A program made the translations under genes and the position numbers. The notes under the pieces were generated by a model, which saw only the letters and a list, made by a program, of their open reading frames with translations, ran no database searches and was not told where the DNA came from. A DNA stretch of 64,000 bases from an uncultured Gammaproteobacteria bacterium (GTDB lineage: Bacteria > Pseudomonadota > Gammaproteobacteria > JACCXJ01): contig CAVXTM010000012.1 of the NCBI GenBank assembly GCA_963764725.1, forward strand, positions 224,001 through 288,000. Direction: 5' to 3'. Below are positions 18,520 to 27,864 of this stretch, piece after piece (position 1 is the first letter of the stretch; every line of letters begins with the position of its first letter).

Positions 18520-19896
18520 ATGAATACCGTAGGAACTCCTGAAAACCCATTGCAGGTTGCCGTCGTCGGCAGCGGCCCGAGCGGCTTCTACGCCGCCGAA
18601 GCCCTGATCAAGTCCGGGCGCGCCGTGCGCGTGGACATGTTCGAGCGGCTCGCCTCGCCCTTCGGGCTCGTACGCAGCGGCGTCGCGCCCGATCACCCCA
18701 AGCTCAAACAAGCCATCCTCGTCTACGACAAGATCGCGCGCTCGCCCGAGTTTTCATTTTTCGGCAATATCAACGTGGGCAAGGACATCACGCTCGGCGA
18801 GCTGCGCCAGAACTATCACGCGATCCTATTCACCTGCGGGGCGGAAACGGACCGGCGGCTGGGGATCCCGGGCGAGGATCTCGGCGGCAGCCATACTGCC
18901 ACCGAATTCGTCGGCTGGTACAACGGTCATCCCGATTATCGCGACCGGGTGTTTGATCTATCGCACGAGGTCGCGGTCATCATCGGCCAGGGTAACGTGG
19001 CCGCGGATGTTTGCCGCATCCTGGCCAAAACGGCGGACGAGTTAAAACATACCGATATCTCGGAGCACGCGCTTGATACGCTGGCCGAGAGCAAAGTGCG
19101 GGAAATCCATGCAATCGGACGCCGCGGACCGGCGCAAGCGAAATTCACCAGTCGCGAATTGCGCGAGTTCGGTGAGCTTGGCGATTGCGATCCCTTCGTC
19201 GACGCGCTGGAGTTAACGCTGAATCCGGAAAGCGAGGCCGAGCTCGTCGACAAGAACAACATGGTCAGCGCTAAGAATGTCGAGATCTTCCGTGATTTCG
19301 CCCGGCGCACGCCGGGTAAGCACCGCCGCTGTATTTTCCAGTTCCTGCGCAGTCCCGTGCGGCTCGAAGGCGCGGGGCGGCTTGAACGCGTGGTGCTGGA
19401 ACGCAATCGGCTACAAGGGGCGCCGTTTCAGCAGTCGGCACGGAGCACGGGGGAGATCAGCACGCTCGAGTGCGGGATCTTGTTCCGCAGCATCGGCTAT
19501 AAAGGGGTGGCCGTTTCCGAGGTGCCCTTCGACGAGCGCAACGGCGTGATCACCAACCGCGCCGGGCGCGTGCTCGATAGTGACGGCAGTGTCGTTTCCG
19601 GTCTTTATTGCGCGGGATGGATTAAGCGCGGTCCGACCGGGATCATCGGGACCAATCGCGCTTGCAGCGTGGAGACCGTCGGTTCGCTGCTTGCGGATCT
19701 AGACGCACTCGCGACACCGGGCGCAAAAAGCGGGACGCATGGTATCCGAGCGCTCATCGAGGAGCGCGGTTTGCGCGCGGTCAACTACGACGGTTGGCTG
19801 AAGCTAGACGCCGCCGAAGTGGAGCGCGGTAAACCCAAGGGAAAACCGCGCGAAAAATTCACCCGGCTGCATGAAATGCTGGCGCTGCTCGGATGA
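18520..19896 (+). CDS. Ferredoxin--NADP+ reductase, FprA/adrenodoxin-reductase type
   Basis: VVGSGPSGFY, GLVRSGVAPDH, FVGWYNGHP, GQGNVAADV and GWIKRGPTG. Confidence 0.9.
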   Translation: MNTVGTPENPLQVAVVGSGPSGFYAAEALIKSGRAVRVDMFERLASPFGLVRSGVAPDHPKLKQAILVYDKIARSPEFSFFGNINVGKDITLGELRQNYHAILFTCGAETDRRLGIPGEDLGGSHTATEFVGWYNGHPDYRDRVFDLSHEVAVIIGQGNVAADVCRILAKTADELKHTDISEHALDTLAESKVREIHAIGRRGPAQAKFTSRELREFGELGDCDPFVDALELTLNPESEAELVDKNNMVSAKNVEIFRDFARRTPGKHRRCIFQFLRSPVRLEGAGRLERVVLERNRLQGAPFQQSARSTGEISTLECGILFRSIGYKGVAVSEVPFDERNGVITNRAGRVLDSDGSVVSGLYCAGWIKRGPTGIIGTNRACSVETVGSLLADLDALATPGAKSGTHGIRALIEERGLRAVNYDGWLKLDAAEVERGKPKGKPREKFTRLHEMLALLG

Positions 19897-20141
19897 AGCT
19901 CGCGCAGAGCGGAGTTCGCGATCGCCTTCTGCGCCGCCAGCGCATGCCCCAGCTAGCTTAGGGTACGCTGTGCGCACGCGGATTATTCGTCCGGTTCGCC
20001 GTAACCGCCTTCGGTTCGTGGCAGCCCGGCACCTGCCCAATCCTGTAGATACAGACCGGTCCGAACATAACGATGAAACGTTGACTACCGCCAATCACGG
20101 ACCTCGGCCGGAGGCGCGCCAAGTTAGCCGCCCCCACCCTA

Positions 20142-20157
20142 TGTGCTGAAGCGCACA
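20142..20157. promoter_or_regulatory. Putative Crp/Fnr-family binding box
   Basis: Perfect TGTGC-TGAAGC-GCACA, about 260 bp upstream of the desaturase gene. Confidence 0.55.
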
Positions 20158-20414
20158 GACGTGGAATTCAGCAAGCACTATTCTGCGTTGAGAAAGCGTC
20201 AACCTTATGGAAGCTAAAAGCCCTTCCCCGCGTACCGGCTCGGCTATGCCCAGAGGCGCCCGGTGACGGGTATAACCTGTTTCTGCAAACGGAGCGGTTT
20301 TGTGTTGGAATTTTATTGGGCCAGGCTCGTGTTGTCCGGTTCCGGCGTTATGCATGGGCCTTGTGCAGGCGGGAAAGTCATTGCTCAACTGCAGACCACG
20401 CAAAGAGTACTACT

Positions 20415-21687
20415 ATGTTTAGCGGAACACTGAATTTCTCTATGTGGGGGATTGTTGGCGTGGGATTGATCCTGACCCACATTACCATTGCAAGCGTTAC
20501 CATCTATCTGCATCGTCACCAGGCCCACAAAGCCCTGGACCTGCATCCCCTCGCCAGCCACTTTTTTCGCTTTTGGCTCTGGCTCACCACCGGCATGATC
20601 ACGAAGGAATGGGTGGCGGTGCATCGCAAGCATCACGCGAAATGCGACATCGAGGGCGATCCTCATAGTCCCCAGGTATTTGGCCTTCGCAAAGTGTTGC
20701 TGGAAGGCGCGGAGCTTTACGGCAAAGAAAAGGACGATAGACAAACGATCGAGAAGTATGGCAAGGGCACCCCGGAGGACTGGGTTGAGCGCCATCTCTA
20801 CAGCCGGTTTCATCATCTCGGTCTTGGCCTTCTGCTTCCGATAGAGATCATACTGTTCGGCCCACTCGGCCTCTCGCTGTGGGCGATACAAATGCTTTGG
20901 ATACCCTTCTGGGCAGCCGGCGTGATCAACGGCCTAGGCCACACTTGGGGCTACCGTAGCTATGAAACACCGGATGCCTCTACCAATATCGCCCCTATCG
21001 GCCTATTGATTGGCGGAGAGGAATTCCATAATAATCACCACGCCTATCCTTGGTCCGCCCGGCTGTCGACCCAGTGGTGGGAATTAGATATCGGTTGGCT
21101 TTATATACGTCTCCTCGCGATGTGCAAGCTGGCGCGGGTCAAGAGGCAGGCGCCCAAGCCAGCAATCGAGTGGGGCAAACTTGTGGCTAATCGGGAAACC
21201 CTGCGAGCCGTGGTCCAAAACCGCTTTCATGTGATGGCACTCTATGGCCGCAGAGTCGTGCTGCCGGCCCTGCGCCTGGAGTCGAAACGTGCGGATGCAG
21301 CCACACGCAAATTGCTCAGGGAAGTTAAGCCACAGATTATGCGAGCCTATGTGCGTGCCGACGAGGGTGCGCGTCTGGCCTTAAGCAGTGCGTTAGCCGC
21401 GAATTCAACTCCGGCCACGGTTTCTCATTTTGGCTCTTCAGCAGAATCTGTGGGTCATTTTCAGACCTCGCGATGGCAAATACCCCGTGGACTTGTGGAT
21501 AACGTCCCTGTTAACCACACGGTCTCAGAGTGAAGCTGTCGGTATGTGGTCCAACGCACGACTCAGCCGAGAGACACAACTGGACACTCTGCACGAATGG
21601 TGTCGAAGAGCCGAAGCCACCGGCATAGAGGGCTTAAAGATATTCGCAGGCGGGTTGCGCGGTTATTCGATGGTCCAAAGAGGATAA
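20415..21687 (+). pseudogene. desA: DesA-family fatty acid desaturase, C-terminus disrupted
   Basis: His boxes HRHQAH, HRKHH and HNNHH; the conserved tail LHEWCRRAEATGI lies in another frame after foreign sequence near 21432-21525. Confidence 0.8.
21432..21525. mobile_element. Short inserted IS-end-like fragment
   Basis: gtgggtcattttcagacc and the imperfect palindrome ccgtggacttgtggataacg...gttaaccacacgg resemble IS21/ISNCY-type end sequences; boundaries approximate. Confidence 0.4.
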
Positions 21688-21774
21688 GGACGAGCGCCGA
21701 ATATTTAGACCACCAGAGAGCGCGTGTGTGCGCACGATGGTGCCCATAAAGCACCGGCGAAGCGAGAACGACCG

Positions 21775-22467
21775 TTACCCTAACAGTCGCTCAAACTCAT
21801 TTCTGACCACTTGATAGCACTCGCAGGCGCGTGCCTCGAGGCCTGCCCGATCACTTATCGTGATCTTACCGCGATTGTAGTGAATTAGGCCGGCCGCTTG
21901 GAGATGTCCAGCCGCCACCGTGACACCCTCGCGGCGCACCCCCAGCATGTTGGCGATGAGTTCTTGCGTCATCGTTAGTTCGTTCGAATCGAGCCGGTCG
22001 TGACTCAAGAGCAGCCAGCGGCACAGTTGCTGATCGACGGTGTGCAACCGGTTACAGACCGCCGTCTGCGACATCTGGGTAATGAGCGCTTGAGTGTAGC
22101 GCAGTAGCACCAACTGCAACGGCCCGCCGCGCCTGAATTCTTCCTGAAGCACTTTTGGCTTCATTCGGAGGCTGTATCCTGCACTTTGGACCACGGCCCG
22201 GTTGGGCGTGGTCTCGCCCCCCATGAACAAGGCAATACCCACGACACCGTCGTTGCCGACGACACCGATCTCGGCAGACGTCCCGTCCTCCATGGTGTAG
22301 AGCAAGGAAACGATGGAAGTCGTCGGAAAATAGATATGGTCGAGCCGCTCTCCAGATTCGTATATCACCTGACCGAGCAATAGGGAGACCTCTTCCAAAT
22401 GAGGATAGAGGCGTTCATGTACTTCCTCGGGGAGGGTTGCGAGCAGACGGTTCTGCGGTTTCGACAT
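21775..22467 (-). CDS. Crp/Fnr-family transcriptional regulator
   Basis: N-terminal cNMP-like domain (YFPTTSIVSL, VGNDG.VG) and HTH TQELIANMLGVRREGVT. Confidence 0.93.
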   Translation of the reverse strand: MSKPQNRLLATLPEEVHERLYPHLEEVSLLLGQVIYESGERLDHIYFPTTSIVSLLYTMEDGTSAEIGVVGNDGVVGIALFMGGETTPNRAVVQSAGYSLRMKPKVLQEEFRRGGPLQLVLLRYTQALITQMSQTAVCNRLHTVDQQLCRWLLLSHDRLDSNELTMTQELIANMLGVRREGVTVAAGHLQAAGLIHYNRGKITISDRAGLEARACECYQVVRNEFERLLG

Positions 22468-22813
22468 GCCAAGTACCCAGTCGATTGAAGATCTCGCCAG
22501 ACGCGCTTCAGGAGCGGAGGATCTGGTTTACTCCTCGAGTGCAATCCTCAGGCCACCGCTCGCGTACGCCGGACCAAACTTCTGGCACCAGAGTCTGCGA
22601 TCATGGTACACGAATGCCTGCCAATTTGACAGAGCCGCCGCGATTCGTCCTGCGTCCGCAGCGTCGCACCACTGCGCGGTGCGACACAGCTCCCACAATG
22701 ACTTTACGGCGCGATGCGTCTCATGCTTCGTCCGTCGACGCGCGCCTATCGCGGGCTCCCCAACTTCGCCTTCAGCCTTCCATGTCTCGTCGCAGGAACG
22801 GATAGCGTCATGT

Positions 22814-23128
22814 TTACGGAAGCTCCCTGGCATACATCAAGCGCCCGTCGATGAACTTCACTGTAACCATCTGCCGCATGTATGCCGGCTTAAAGGGGAA
22901 TTCTTTCAACGGCGTATCCAGCACCATGCGCTGGCCCTTGGCGTCATACTTGGAGCACATTAGAGTGAGCTCGGGGGCTTCCACACGTATACCTGAGACC
23001 ACACACGCGATTTCCTCCGCGATTGGGATAACAACCGGCACCTTGAAAAGCTCCGCCACACCCACGATGGGATAGGCAAACAGTAACAGTAGCGTGATAC
23101 CGGGTCCTACAATGGGTCCTTTCTTCAT
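22814..23128 (-). CDS. Hypothetical exported/membrane protein
   Basis: GGGAG RBS and a hydrophobic N-terminus; no recognised family. Confidence 0.5.
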   Translation of the reverse strand: MKKGPIVGPGITLLLLFAYPIVGVAELFKVPVVIPIAEEIACVVSGIRVEAPELTLMCSKYDAKGQRMVLDTPLKEFPFKPAYMRQMVTVKFIDGRLMYARELP

Positions 23129-23274
23129 TTTATTTCTCCCTGGCGACGCAGGTAAACTCCACCACGCTGGAAATCTCCGTTGCCACGGGGGTTATCACTC
23201 CCGCTGCCGCAGTGATGGTCGTAGCGTTGGCCGCGCCAGGGTGGGGCAAGGCGTTCCCGCGTGTTACTGCCAGG

Positions 23275-23499
23275 CTATTTTTTATCTTTGCCGATCTGGT
23301 TGCCTATCAGGCCGCCGACCGCCGCGCCGCCGACGGTTCCGAGCGCGCTGCCGCCCGTAAGGACGGCACCCGCGACGCCACCAGCTCCGGCGCCCATCGC
23401 GGTGTCCTTGTCCCGCGTTGACATCCCGCTACAACCACCCAAGCCGAGCAGCACTGCCACGGCAACCGCACTGACTGCAAATCCATGCATCATTTTCAT
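23275..23499 (-). CDS. Glycine-zipper 2TM lipoprotein (OsmB-like)
   Basis: Lipobox LGGC and GAGAGGVAGAVLTGG...GGAAVGGLIG. Confidence 0.88.
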   Translation of the reverse strand: MKMMHGFAVSAVAVAVLLGLGGCSGMSTRDKDTAMGAGAGGVAGAVLTGGSALGTVGGAAVGGLIGNQIGKDKK

Positions 23500-24235
23500 T
23501 GGAATTCCTCTTTCTCAAACTTCAGTTATGAAACAGTTGATTGATGATCGGAACCGGTCGCAACTCCGGCAGCCTGATAGAGATGCCCGCAATCAAGAAC
23601 ACCAAGCAGGGGGATTCTGCTTAGAGAGTGCGGCTACGCAACAAGCGCCCGCGAGGACACTCCATCATTACGGCAATTGTCACCTTCTCCCAGGATCTTC
23701 TCAGTGCGCTGGCGCGCATAGGGCAAATTTGCCGACATTGCCTCGGTTGTCAGCGTTCAAGCCGCGCCGACCGGTTTGAGCGATTCGACGCGATAGCAGA
23801 TCACTTTGGCGATGGCGACCAGCGGCGCACCGAGCAGCAGACTCCACACTCCCCACTAACACCCAAAAAACAGTAAAGCAATGAACAACACTGCGGCGTT
23901 CACGCGTGCGAACCGGCTTTGCAGCCAGGTCCATGAACACAAACCCAATGGCGCATGCCGCCAGCAGCGACACGCCTGCGACCGCGAGCGCATTGAGCAG
24001 CGAGCCGAATTGCAGGAAGGCACGTCGCTCGCCCCGCCGTTTCCACCGAGCGGCTGTCACCGACGCCGCAAGGTCTTATCCACTGCCTGTCCTTACGGTT
24101 GGTAGCCCGAGGTAGGCAACTACCCGGGCTACCAACCGGTACCACACCTTCGAATGCCTTTTTTATTGCCCCTTGTCCAATTGCGTTAGGCCGATCGCTT
24201 ACTTCGGGCTGGATTGTGAAATTTCTTTGACCATT

Positions 24236-24802
24236 CAGCGATGGCGCCTTGGGTTTTTGGAAGCGCTGCCCCAGGTCTTCGGCACCACGGTAGGCCAACG
24301 TTGCTGGTGCATAAGACGGCCAACGTGCTGAACAAGCTGCCGAAGCACCAACAGCCCAAGGCGAAATCAGCGCTGCATGAGATCTGGATGGCGGCGACGC
24401 GGCAGGATGCCGAACATGCGTTCGATCACTTCCTGACGGTCTATCGTCCCAAGTACCCAAAGGTCTCGGAATGCCTGGAGAAGGACCGTGAGTCGCTGTT
24501 GGCGTTCTATGATTTCCCAGCGGAGCACTGGATTCATATCCGGACCACCAACCCGATCGAATCCACCTTCGCCACGGTGCGGCTGCGCACCGATAAAACT
24601 CAGGGCTGTGTGTCCCGTGACAGCATCCTGGCCATGGTATCCAAGCTGGTGAAAACTGCCGAACAGCGGTGGCTCAAGCTCCGTGGCACGGAGCGCCTGG
24701 CCGATGTGATTCAAGGAGTATCTTTCAAGGATGGAGTACGGGAAGACCAAGAGAAATTAGCCGCCTGAGCCCAAGCCCGTACACAACATTTGACTATTTC
24801 TC
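24236..24802 (+). mobile_element. IS256-family transposase 3' remnant with right end
   Basis: Frameshifted DGALGFW/QRCW, then HKTANVLNKLPK and FYDFPAEHWIHIRTTNPIESTF; end sequence tacacaacatttgactatttctc. Confidence 0.88.
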
Positions 24803-24989
24803 TTTGGGATCACGCCCATCGGCAACCACTTTTAAAGCCAGATCGCGATCGGTCACGATGCCGACTAATTTTTTAGTCTGTTCGTTTTCGAATGACAAGA
24901 ATCGGACCGATATTTTCGTTCTTCATCGATTGCGCCGCCCCTGCCACCGCCTCGTTTGGCAGGCACGCTGATTCAATCTCCTTTCGCGA

Positions 24990-25148
24990 CTAGATTTTGC
25001 CCATTAACACCAGGATCAGTAAGATGAGGAGCACCAGCCCGAGTCCGCCGCTGGGTCCATAACCCCATGCCCGGCTATGTGGCCAGGTTGGCAATACTCC
25101 CACAAGCATCAGAATCAGGATAACGAGTAAAATTGTACCAAGTGACAT
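24990..25148 (-). CDS. DUF3309-family small membrane protein, copy 1
   Basis: Manual translation MSLGTILLVILILMLVGVLPTWPHSRAWGYGPSGGLGLV... (52 aa, below the ORF-track cutoff). Confidence 0.88.
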   Translation of the reverse strand: MSLGTILLVILILMLVGVLPTWPHSRAWGYGPSGGLGLVLLILLILVLMGKI

Positions 25149-25222
25149 GTTCGTGCTCCCGTTAAATAAGGTTAAAAAAAGGGGCTAAAGTACATTACAA
25201 CGTACATTGGCTTTTAGCCAGT

Positions 25223-25540
25223 TCATTTCACGACTAGGCTGTCCTTAACAGATTTGACTCCCTTGGCAGATCTGGCTAATTCCACGGCCCTGGTGGCAGC
25301 CTGCCTGGAATCGACGAAGCCGCTCAACTGCACGACTCCTTTGTGGGTTTCAACACTGATCTGACCGACCTTGAGCATTGGATCATTGTATATCGCCCCT
25401 TTCACCGAGGCAGTGATGCCACTGTCGTCAATGTACTCACCCGTGCTTTCTTGGGTTGCACTGCCCGCACAACCTGCCATCAAGGCAACCAATAACAGTC
25501 CCATGACAAAGCGTGTTATCGAAGGGCTTCTATTGATCAT
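25223..25540 (-). CDS. BON-domain (OsmY-like) lipoprotein, copy 1
   Basis: MAGC lipobox, GEYIDDSGIT..VK and GVVQLSGFV. Confidence 0.9.
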   Translation of the reverse strand: MINRSPSITRFVMGLLLVALMAGCAGSATQESTGEYIDDSGITASVKGAIYNDPMLKVGQISVETHKGVVQLSGFVDSRQAATRAVELARSAKGVKSVKDSLVVK

Positions 25541-25651
25541 TGCTTAGCTCCTAAGATAAGGTTGTATTGCATCAACTTGACTCGCCTTCCTCGGCTTCGT
25601 AGCCGTTCCCAAGGTGGCCGTAGACGTTACTCTCGACCTCTTCACGTTAGG

Positions 25652-25798
25652 CTATCGATGCATTAGCCCCAGAATACCGACGGCAATCAAATACACGGCC
25701 ACGAGATAATTTAATAGCCTTGGCACAAGCAAGATTAATATGCCTATCACCAACGCAAGGACGGGCTCGATAGGTACATTGATGATAGGTACATTCAT
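25652..25798 (-). CDS. DUF3096-like small membrane protein
   Basis: MNVPIINVPIEPVLALVIGILILLVPRLLNYLVAVYLIAVGILGLMHR; AGGAGG RBS. Confidence 0.8.
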   Translation of the reverse strand: MNVPIINVPIEPVLALVIGILILLVPRLLNYLVAVYLIAVGILGLMHR

Positions 25799-26032
25799 GG
25801 GGAAGGCCTCCTTAATGGTCACGTGCATGCGCGTGCGTTACCGTAGTGTTGAAATGAAGGTGCCGCTAGTTCTGGCGAGCGGCACGGCTTCAGAATCGCC
25901 ATTAAATATAGCCTCTCGCCATTGAACCAACAAGCCCTCGCGGGCGGATATTAAACGTGCCACGAATTGTTCCGATTTTTTTCACGGTTTTCTCCATAGC
26001 GCCGTCCCCAAAGGACCTGTTAGTCCAAGTTA

Positions 26033-26482
26033 TTATTCGGAAGGCTGAATAGGTGATTTCTTCGCTCGTTCGGCTGCTTTCAGATGGAGGAGGCCCAATT
26101 GTTCCAACGGAAGCTCGTGCATAGAAGGCTCAGTGGCCACCTCTTCACATCGCTTGAGCCACGCCAAAAGTTCTTCAAGGGACAATAAGCCATTTTTATA
26201 TTGCGTTGCAGCGAAGTCTAGGGTACGCCACGCACGAATCAAACCCAGATAGCGCCGTTCGGGAGATACGAAACCGATCACCGCAAAACAGCAGGCGGAT
26301 ACCACAGCGAACAGAGTCACCAACCAAGAAACAGGTAAGGCCGCAGCGAGCGCACTCGATAAGACGCCCACTACGCCAAGAGCATAATGCAGCCAAAGAA
26401 ATACCCGCCACAGAGGCCTCCACGTATCGAGTCGTCGCCGCACCTCCGGCGGGATCGGCAATTCTGGGTGTTGATCTTCCAT
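26033..26482 (-). CDS. Two-TM protein, SLATT/DUF4231-like
   Basis: Two hydrophobic helices followed by P..RY...IRAWR.LD; AAGGAG RBS. Confidence 0.55.
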   Translation of the reverse strand: MEDQHPELPIPPEVRRRLDTWRPLWRVFLWLHYALGVVGVLSSALAAALPVSWLVTLFAVVSACCFAVIGFVSPERRYLGLIRAWRTLDFAATQYKNGLLSLEELLAWLKRCEEVATEPSMHELPLEQLGLLHLKAAERAKKSPIQPSE

Positions 26483-26555
26483 ACAGCTTCTCCTTTCGAG
26501 CCCGTCCGTAAGTCACTACGCATACCGAAGAGGAGCGCCACGCCTGCCCCGTCGG

Positions 26556-26636
26556 TCAGTCGCAGCCGCGCAGGAGGAAGATGACGAGCAGGATCGGGAT
26601 GGGCACACCCAGGAGCCACAACAGGATGTAACCCAT
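26556..26636 (-). CDS. 26-aa single-TM microprotein
   Basis: MGYILLWLLGVPIPILLVIFLLRGCD with a purine-rich RBS. Confidence 0.6.
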   Translation of the reverse strand: MGYILLWLLGVPIPILLVIFLLRGCD

Positions 26637-26740
26637 CTTCCCTTCCTGTAACTTCATCGGCGTGGCATGCTTCATCGAGCGGAGCCCTTGCCCGAGGCGT
26701 CTCAAGTATCCAATGCCTGTCATCATGATCTCCTCCTCTA

Positions 26741-26869
26741 CTATGAGGCCTTTTTCATCTCTGTGCCGCAACAACAGCGAGGAGGCCCCTCACCACCTCC
26801 GCCGGACTTCGAGCCCTGCGTGACCTTCGTTTCGCACCCGCATTTCGGGTTCGTTGTCATCGCCATCAT
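26741..26869 (-). CDS. Small Cys-rich putative metal-binding protein, N-terminus possibly disrupted
   Basis: MMAMTTNPKCGCETKVTQGSKSGGGGEGPPRCCCGTEMKKAS; not in the ORF track. Confidence 0.5.
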   Translation of the reverse strand: MMAMTTNPKCGCETKVTQGSKSGGGGEGPPRCCCGTEMKKAS

Positions 26870-27038
26870 CCACGTCCTGATTGAACGCCGCTTCGCGACT
26901 CGCGCCTACTCGAGAACTTTAGGACCTTGCTTAAGGGCGATATCGTTTCGGACCTCCTCGACGCCAGTAACTTCCTTGCTGCCTGTGCAGCAGGCTAGCC
27001 TGTCTGGATTCGGTTGCACAGCTCAGCAGTGCTCGTTT

Positions 27039-27215
27039 TTAGCTGCCTTTCTTAATATCCTCCTTGATATCACCAAAGCCCGCTTGGACCTTGCCGAGGT
27101 TCTTTTGGACATTTCCTTCTACCTCCATACCCTTGTCGTCCAGTATCTTGCCGGCGACTTCCTTGACTGTACCTTTCGCTTCTTCGATTCGGCCTTTCGT
27201 TTGATCTTTGTTCAT
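27039..27215 (-). CDS. csbD: CsbD-family stress protein
   Basis: MNKDQTKGRIEEAKGTVKEVAGKILDDKGMEVEG... (58 aa); AGGAG RBS. Confidence 0.9.
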   Translation of the reverse strand: MNKDQTKGRIEEAKGTVKEVAGKILDDKGMEVEGNVQKNLGKVQAGFGDIKEDIKKGS

Positions 27216-27311
27216 GAGGGTCTCCTGATAACTAATTTAGCCATGACCAAAGCGTGGAATAATGTTTCCCATCGCTCAAGCAAAACAATACACGCAAAAC
27301 TGAACGCGGTC

Positions 27312-27327
27312 CGTGTGGTAACGCACA
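27312..27327. promoter_or_regulatory. Putative Crp/Fnr-family binding box
   Basis: CGTGT-GGTAAC-GCACA, about 100 bp upstream of csbD. Confidence 0.5.
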
Positions 27328-27488
27328 GATACGGATTAAGCCTACACGACTGCCTACTCGCTTTTGATCCAAAAAATCCTTAAGCCGGCGGGACGACAAA
27401 ATCGGGGACGGCCTCATGAACCGCAGAATACGCCTCCAACGTTTGGCGCCACTAGAATCCTTGAGCCAAGGGCATGTTTACAAACAGG

Positions 27489-27710
27489 TCAAATTTCGGC
27501 AGGAGTCAACTTTACCCGCTGAATGTGTTGTTTGATGGCCTCCTCTAGGCGGTTGAGCGCCGGCGCAATGAGCTCCCGCAGCGTGGCATTGCGGAAGCCC
27601 TGGGGGAGCCAGCAGAAGAGACGCAGCGCTTGGAATAACGCCATGGCCCGTGGATCGCCGAATTTCAAGGCCGCCGCGTGTTGGCCTTCGACCCTCTGCC
27701 CGTTCAGACT
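27489..27710 (-). pseudogene. C-terminal remnant of a probable mobile-element protein
   Basis: LKFGDPRAMALFQAL..F..LPQGFRNATLR fragment without an N-terminus. Confidence 0.4.
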
Positions 27711-27746
27711 CATTGACTGAAATCTATGCCAGTTTGTCGGCGCGTG

Positions 27747-27762
27747 TGTGCGATAGCGCACC
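27747..27762. promoter_or_regulatory. Putative Crp/Fnr-family binding box
   Basis: TGTGC-GATAGC-GCACC, about 100 bp upstream of the diguanylate cyclase gene. Confidence 0.55.
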
Positions 27763-27864
27763 GATCTGGATTCGCAAAACGACTAAATTCGTCCAATGCT
27801 GGCTTGACGTGTCTGCCCGCCAGACAACCACCGAGGTATTGGCCAGGCGGATACGAATAGGGGT

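Noticed and set aside
22528-22833. 101-aa ORF upstream of the Crp/Fnr gene
   Set aside because: No recognisable motif and it overlaps the probable promoter region
26667-27383. 238-aa plus-strand ORF
   Set aside because: Antisense to csbD and the microproteins, with no recognisable domain
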